Below are positions 60,301 through 64,000 of a DNA stretch of 64,000 bases, in pieces (positions within the stretch are counted from its first letter, which is position 1; each line of letters begins with the position of its first letter). The DNA is from Octopus bimaculoides (taxonomy: Eukaryota): assembly GCF_001194135.2 (NCBI RefSeq), contig NC_068998.1:28056753-28120752 (forward strand), given 5' to 3'. Below the pieces are notes generated by a model. It did no database searches, had not been told where the DNA came from, and saw only the letters and a program-made list of their open reading frames with translations. The translations under genes and the position numbers were made by a program.

Positions 60301-62988
60301 AAAGAGAATATTTCTATTGCATCAGCTAAACCCATCCTTGCAGAACCGACATTCCTTGTAATTAAAAAACATAATTAGTCCCAACACAAATACAGAAGAG
60401 GGTTTTCAATGACACTGATCAAACTTAAACCCACTTCTATATAACCACTCCTTACTAACTCATTTATATTTAGCTGTGTGTGTGTGTGTGTTGATGTGTG
60501 TGCCTGTGCCTGTGTGCATGCAAGTGTAAAAAACCCTGTAAAAATACTTTCTCACAAAGCCTGGCTGTAACCAAGCTTAATTTGTCAGTTTTCCATTCAT
60601 AAAACTTGATGGCAATGTTACCATATGAGAAAGCCATATTTTTTATCATTGTTTTTTTTAATGTCTTCTTTGGTCACTCCTGTCACACATCACTACTTGG
60701 ACAAAATATATTCCCAATACATTAATTTACAATACTGTCACTACTTTGAATAATTTACTGTAGAAATTCAAGAACAGTCTGCAATCCCAGCCCCTTTTTC
60801 TATTGGTTTGTAAAAGTGATTCTAACAAAAAAGAAACAGAAAACCTTCAACTTAAGAATGTTCTTTTAATACATAAACAAAGAATGTCTATAAATCTTTG
60901 AGCAGTTTCAGTTTAACGTTTTGTTTTAAATCATAAACATATATTAACTAATACAACACATAATGTTCATCACAAGTGTACATTACTTGAAATAATTTCT
61001 GTTAAATTTTACTGATAAATATTCTTCACAAATCAAAACTGGTGAAATAAAATTAATTTACATCTATACCTTTAGATAAACTTTGTAGATTAGCTGTGAA
61101 GGTGAATAATTTTAAATAATGAAACAAAGCAAATCTGAATAGGTAGACTATTTCAAGTGGTTACTTTTACAATTGTGAAAGGTTGGCCAGTTAAACCAAT
61201 TATGAAAGTAGTTAGATTAACAAAGTACAGCAGAATGGATTCAAGTCAAATTTGAACATGCACCCATTTGATCAGAAGCATAGCATCTTAACTTCGACCA
61301 TTGTGTTTCACATGATTTTCAGACATTTGCTCAGTTTATATATAAGTGAATACCTATTTAATACTAACAACTGTAAAATTATAGTGGAACCTATTTGTCA
61401 GCCAATCTGACAGAAGAAACAGAGTTGTGTCTTAAGATCCGCAACACAATTCAACTTAGAGGTTTGTGGTCTTTAAATCCTAAACTACTGCACTTCTTAC
61501 GTAAAAAGAATTCTTTTAAAAATTATTCAACCTATATTCTGCTTAGCTGGTGAGTAAATGATAAAAAGTTGCACCAAGCTAAAGCACATTTAATTATAAA
61601 CTACTCAAGTTTCTAAATATTAACAGTTAGACTAATTAGAAAATCGACTTTAAAATTTATAGAATTTTGGATGTTGCTCAAATGAAAGGGATTGTGTAGT
61701 ATTCTTTTCTTTGAGATAATTGAAAATTATCATTAAATTTTAACAAGAAATCAGAAAATGTTTTGTGCCCACTTAAAAATAGAGGATAGATCCAATGAAC
61801 ATTTTACAAAATATGAGAGAGAGAGAGTGAGAGAGAGAGAGAGANNNNNNNNNNGAGAGTGAGAGAGAGAGAGAGTGAGAGAGAGAGAGAGTGAGAGAGA
61901 GAGACAGACAGACAGAAAGAGAGAGATTTGAAGGAATAATTGGTTAATGAAATTTAACAGAGGGATGAAGTTTCTGAATATATTCTAAGATATAAGGTGT
62001 CAAGTTCTTGTTAAATCTAGAAAATTAAAACAAAACATTTTTTCTTTTTTCATTTTATCTGTATTAGAACACAGGGTATCTCACAACGTACATCTAACCA
62101 CAAACACAAAGTCTTTACAAACCAACAAGGGAGCCTCTTCATGATCACTCAACCTCCTAGCAATCGTCCTTAAATCACACTTGACTGTCTTAATAAATGA
62201 CATGGTGGATAAAGAGAGCCTTGAGAGCCTTGCACACAGGACACAGACAGGATAGTCACAGTTGGAAAGCTTCTGGTCATAGGGCTGCTCAATCCAAGCT
62301 GACCTGTGGCCAATAAACAACCAAGTCTTTAACACTTTAGCATTTATCATTCCAACCATACAATGTCACTCTAAAAATAAACAATCACTTCATCGAAATC
62401 TCCAAAGCTACAAGATAATACATGATTCATTCGAAACAATGTGGATAAATAAGCATTGCATTTAACAGAGTAATCTGAATCCTCAAGGGTTAAAACAGTT
62501 CTATGACAATTACTAACAATAAATTTCACCATTTAGGAGTCAGGAGACAAAGTTTATAAAATGAGAAACATTCAGACCTAATTATTTAGGCATTGTTGAT
62601 GCTCTCAATCTAAAATGCTTAATGAGATTTTTCATACATACACACATACACACAGCAATACTTAGAATAGAGAAATTTTTTTTAAATATATTGGTGCAAC
62701 AGAATGGCTTAAATAAAATATTTAGAAATTAAAAATTTTAGCAACCTGAGTTCATGTAAAAGAATCTATAAAAAGATTTAAAGAGTGTAAGCAATGTGAC
62801 CAATAATTTATTTGTAATTCTACTGGAAGAAAGTGCTAGGATATATTTACCTTCTGGAAACATCCACTTGTACTGAGTGATCAATGACAAGATCAGCAGG
62901 ACACACAGGGTTTATTTTAGCTGGATCACCACCCAACCGCTTGACCACATCTCGCATGGCTGCGAAGTCAACAACAGCAGGGACACCA
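9800..62988 (-). CDS. ACO1: Cytosolic aconitate hydratase / iron regulatory protein 1 family gene, 5'-partial, 19 constitutive coding exons in window
   Basis: Spliced translation gives [73 protein letters not shown] and ends [12 protein letters not shown]. All introns are GT-AG and phases match; exon lengths sum to 2401 nt. Confidence 0.98.
10292..10477 (-). CDS. ACO1: ACO1 coding exon, 186 nt ([28 protein letters not shown]...KPQLTTTVE)
   Basis: Acceptor acatctAG, donor GAA/gtaagt. Confidence 0.97.
10732..10777 (-). ncRNA. Putative minimal type I hammerhead ribozyme motif
   Basis: GACAC-CTGATGA-A-GGCTG..CAACC-GAAA-CG-TT-GTGTT: intact core boxes, stem I GACAC/GTGTT, stem II with one mismatch, palindromic AACGTT in place of stem III. 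Confidence 0.55.
10950..11312 (+). mobile_element. 5'-truncated R4/Dong-like (restriction-like endonuclease) non-LTR element 3' end
   Basis: [42 protein letters not shown] plus a 3'UTR, flanked on both sides by (TAA)n. Confidence 0.7.
12958..13412 (+). mobile_element. tRNA-headed SINE with internal (TA)n
   Basis: A-box-like TGGCTGTGTGG and B-box-like GGTTCAGTCCC; multiple copies in the window. Confidence 0.85.
13928..14050 (-). CDS. ACO1: ACO1 coding exon, 123 nt ([41 protein letters not shown])
   Basis: Acceptor cttcttcAG, donor CTG/gtaagt; [10 protein letters not shown] motif. Confidence 0.97.
14445..14940. repeat. ~500-bp near-perfect palindrome of two back-to-back tRNA-derived heads with (TAA)n spacers and Penelope-like terminal arms
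   Basis: The left and right arms are reverse complements around the centre at about 14700-14710. GTGTAGTGG (A box) and GAGTTCGATTC (B box) are present. Confidence 0.9.
16296..17041 (-). mobile_element. Internally deleted mariner transposon
   Basis: TIRs CGAGGTGGTATCGAAAAT / ATTTTGATACCACCTCA with TA flanks. Relic N-terminus [26 protein letters not shown] and C-terminus GDYFEGD. Confidence 0.9.
17195..17342 (-). CDS. ACO1: ACO1 coding exon, 148 nt ([50 protein letters not shown])
   Basis: Acceptor tttcctAG, donor ACA/gtaagt. Confidence 0.97.
17756..19411 (+). mobile_element. Non-autonomous Helitron
   Basis: A/TCTATATATATAAAA 5' end; GCAATGCTGGGT..GCTAG/T 3' end; internal 69-bp tandem encoding ESQExRxMxL..RHA repeats. 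Confidence 0.65.
20522..20664 (-). CDS. ACO1: ACO1 coding exon, 143 nt ([47 protein letters not shown])
   Basis: Acceptor tttccAG, donor AA/gtaggt; TTDHISPAG motif. Confidence 0.97.
20790..21320 (+). repeat. RTE 3'UTR/tail repeat with ~55-60-bp minisatellite
   Basis: Several GGTGGCATGTAAAAA..ACCATTTGAGCGTGG units followed by the conserved block and (GAT)n. Confidence 0.8.
21825..21929 (-). CDS. ACO1: ACO1 coding exon, 105 nt ([35 protein letters not shown])
   Basis: Acceptor aattttAG, donor ATG/gtacgt. Confidence 0.96.
24573..24792. mobile_element. TTAA-flanked MITE (piggyBac-like), same family as 58568-58788
   Basis: TTAA at both ends; the interior is the reverse complement of the 58568 copy. 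Confidence 0.65.
25187..25246 (-). CDS. ACO1: ACO1 coding exon, 60 nt ([20 protein letters not shown])
   Basis: Acceptor cttttAG, donor ACA/gtaagt; VIPxMFKEVY motif. Confidence 0.95.
26346..26410 (-). CDS. ACO1: ACO1 coding exon, 65 nt ([22 protein letters not shown])
   Basis: Acceptor ttcatAG, donor CAG/gtgatt; LKDIWP motif. Confidence 0.95.
26905..27061 (-). CDS. ACO1: ACO1 coding exon, 157 nt ([52 protein letters not shown])
   Basis: Acceptor ttcacAG, donor G/gtaatt. Confidence 0.97.
27275..27359 (-). CDS. ACO1: ACO1 coding exon, 85 nt ([28 protein letters not shown]); second and third 4Fe-4S Cys ligands
   Basis: Acceptor ttttcAG, donor AAG/gtttgt; GCxTCIG motif. Confidence 0.97.
27496..27631 (-). 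CDS. ACO1: ACO1 coding exon, 136 nt ([46 protein letters not shown])
   Basis: Poly-T acceptor ...taaAG, donor GG/gtaagc. Confidence 0.97.
27849..27996 (-). CDS. ACO1: ACO1 coding exon, 148 nt (GFQIPP...[25 protein letters not shown]); first 4Fe-4S Cys ligand
   Basis: Acceptor ttttgcAG, donor G/gttagt; TSCTN motif. Confidence 0.97.
29485..29613 (-). CDS. ACO1: ACO1 coding exon, 129 nt ([43 protein letters not shown])
   Basis: Acceptor taaacAG, donor AAG/gtaaa; CCSGPKRP motif. Confidence 0.95.
30646..31887 (+). mobile_element. Near full-length mariner (DD34D-type) with pseudogenised transposase
   Basis: TA plus TIR CAAGGGGCAGTCAAAAG and a degenerate right TIR. Relic motifs VTPDET, LHDNA, [12 protein letters not shown]; many stops. 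Confidence 0.88.
32005..32105 (-). CDS. ACO1: ACO1 coding exon, 101 nt ([34 protein letters not shown])
   Basis: Acceptor pyrimidine tract ending tttAG, donor GAT/gtaagt; phases 1 and 0 fit the neighbours. Confidence 0.93.
32852..33023 (-). CDS. ACO1: ACO1 coding exon, 172 nt ([57 protein letters not shown])
   Basis: Acceptor tctgtctAG, donor A/gtaaga. Confidence 0.97.
35088..35227 (-). CDS. ACO1: ACO1 coding exon, 140 nt ([47 protein letters not shown])
   Basis: Acceptor ttattttAG, donor AAG/gtaatt. Confidence 0.97.
35721..36152 (+). mobile_element. tRNA-headed SINE with long internal (TA)n
   Basis: Same family as 12958-13412. Confidence 0.85.
39010..39225 (-). mobile_element. Second tRNA-SINE family (other copies about 5735-6080, 25950-26130, 37540-37800, 46215-46420)
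   Basis: GAGTTCAAATTCC B box and a TTGTCTTTCATCCTTTTGGGGTTGATAAAATAAGTA core resembling the Deu/Nin conserved SINE domain (recalled). Confidence 0.7.
39700..40700 (-). mobile_element. Old CR1/L2-like RT relic
   Basis: Degenerate LDIS..LL.K and VQSTL.YC-type segments on the minus strand. Confidence 0.45.
41637..41820 (-). CDS. ACO1: ACO1 coding exon, 184 nt ([26 protein letters not shown]...[17 protein letters not shown])
   Basis: Acceptor ttttcAG, donor G/gtaagt; conserved motifs. Confidence 0.97.
42833..43890 (-). mobile_element. RTE LINE 3' portion with UTR minisatellite and tail
   Basis: ORF2 C-terminal relic homologous to 55420-55870 and 59650-60035, then the shared tail. Confidence 0.8.
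44495..44830. repeat. Tandem repeat of ~38 bp (AACATCATGGTATTTAGTACAGGTACCAGCATCCAGTC) around the N-gap 44544-44721
   Basis: Units are visible after the gap; both gap flanks repeat the same ~49 bp. Confidence 0.7.
44835..45355 (+). mobile_element. Tc1/mariner-superfamily (maT/DD37D-like) transposase 3' fragment with right TIR
   Basis: [41 protein letters not shown]; ends CACCCTG plus TA. Confidence 0.75.
45664..46078 (-). mobile_element. tRNA-headed SINE with internal (TA)n
   Basis: Reverse complement of the 12958-13412 family. Confidence 0.85.
48250..48319 (-). CDS. ACO1: ACO1 coding exon, 70 nt ([23 protein letters not shown])
   Basis: Acceptor tgttttAG, donor AAG/gtatac. Matches IRP1 ADSLQKNQDLEFERNRERFEFLK. 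Confidence 0.95.
50705..50970 (+). repeat. RTE-tail repeat copy
   Basis: GGTGGCACGTAAAAAGCAC units, the conserved block and GGACGTTAAATGATG tail. Confidence 0.8.
54170..54262 (-). CDS. ACO1: Putative cassette exon, 93 nt, IRP2-insertion-like ([32 protein letters not shown])
   Basis: Acceptor ttatttcattgcAG, donor GG/gtaaga, phase 2-2, no stops. PNPGGG matches the start of the vertebrate IRP2 insertion in the same register. Confidence 0.85.
54496..54673. mobile_element. Tigger/pogo-like MITE, 178 bp
   Basis: TIRs CAGTAATCCCTC / GAGGGATTACTG with TA duplication. Confidence 0.85.
55417..56530 (-). mobile_element. RTE-clade LINE RT fragment (206-aa open frame at 55873-56493)
   Basis: [35 protein letters not shown]; lacks LEKAFD relative to the 1640-2610 copy. 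Confidence 0.92.
58568..58788. mobile_element. piggyBac-like MITE, 221 bp
   Basis: TTAA-CCCTTTAGTGTT ... AACACTAAAGGG-TTAA. Confidence 0.85.
58958..60035 (-). mobile_element. RTE LINE 3' end (ORF2 C-terminus, UTR, tail) interrupted by N-gaps 59098-59107 and 59392-59595
   Basis: [25 protein letters not shown], then UTR units and the (GAT)n tail. Confidence 0.85.
62851..62988 (-). CDS. ACO1: ACO1 coding exon, 138 nt ([45 protein letters not shown])
   Basis: Acceptor ttttctAG, donor AG/gtaaat, phase 2-2. Confidence 0.97.
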
Positions 62989-63656
62989 CTAGAAAAATTA
63001 TACATATAAATGTATGTATATTTCATGCTAAAATTATAAATACATATACATACATACATATGGTTCAAATGTACAGAAAATAAAAGACAGAGAAAGGTGA
63101 GGGAACAATAGGCAGTTGTATTAGTTTGATGCTTGGGAAAAATGGAAAAGTCTTTGCCATTTAAAGCCTATGCTCTTCAACAGAAAGGGACAAGGAAAAA
63201 AAATGGAGAGAGAGAAAAAAATGTATTGGGATTGGTGTGTGTGTGTGTGTCTGTGCACACGTGCAAAAATTTGCAACTTCTTACTTGTAAATAAAAGTTT
63301 CTGATATCTTCAACAACTTTATTGTAATACATATGTTTCAAATAACATTGTATATATTTTTGTGTGGTGTATTAAAATCAAAGTATCAACTATATGTTGT
63401 TTTGATTTGTAGAACAGCCCTTATTCCATACTTGTATTAGTATTTTGTTGCTTTTTTAAAACTGTTTTATTGTATTTGTTTTATTTAACAGGTGGAAGTC
63501 CTTTTCTTTTTTCACCTAACAAATCAATAATGAAAAAGAAGTGCCTGCTGCGCTGCCCGATACAGAACTGAGGCCAGGTGAGTTATGTGCTTTACCCAAG
63601 AAAACATCATTATGATTGTAATATAATCAGTTTTGAATTTCTTGTGCATCTTGAAA

Positions 63657-64000
63657 TCTATATATATAAAAATGAGAATGTGTGTCTGTCTGTCTGTCTG
63701 TGTGAATCCCTAAAACTCGAGAACTACGCAACCAATTTCATTCAAATTTTACAGATGCTTTACTTAGGGTTCCAGTTGTGTTTTAGTCAAAAAAAATTTT
63801 TAACTTCTTGCAGAGTTTGAGCACACGGCAACATAATATCTCCTCCACTATTTAAGTATTACGTGTCAAAAGTGAAACAAAAACACTCATGTCAAATACT
63901 TTCACTTTAAAAATGAAACTATTCCACTAACTGAAACAATCACATTTCGATACTGTAATGACAGATACTTTCAGAGAGAGAGAGAGAGAGAGAGAGATGT
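63657..64000 (+). mobile_element. Probable Helitron 5' end
   Basis: A/TCTATATATATAAAA followed by (TGTC)n; similar to the start at 17756. Confidence 0.5.

Noticed and set aside
63000-64000. Upstream ACO1 exon (PARVILQDFT)
   Set aside because: No matching coding sequence was found; it must lie beyond the window.

Overview
AT-rich, repeat-dense animal genomic DNA with five N-gaps. The repeat families suggest an octopus/coleoid cephalopod; this is inferred from the repeats alone. One gene spans most of the window on the minus strand: cytosolic aconitase / iron regulatory protein (ACO1/IRP1 family). I traced 19 GT-AG coding exons by hand from 62988 to the TGA at 9800-9802 (2401 nt, frame-consistent, about 799 aa). 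The 5' exons lie beyond 64000. The main observation is a 93-nt frame-preserving cassette exon (54170-54262) in the 14.5-kb intron. It encodes [11 protein letters not shown]..., matching the start of the vertebrate IRP2-specific 73-aa insertion at the same position, phase and register, in a gene that keeps IRP1-type aconitase catalytic residues. The introns also hold palindromic tRNA-SINE elements whose arms carry minimal hammerhead-ribozyme-like motifs. Other repeats include RTE, CR1/L2, R4/Dong, Penelope and Gypsy relics, mariners, MITEs and Helitrons. All assignments come from manual reading and recalled family sequences; no searches were run.
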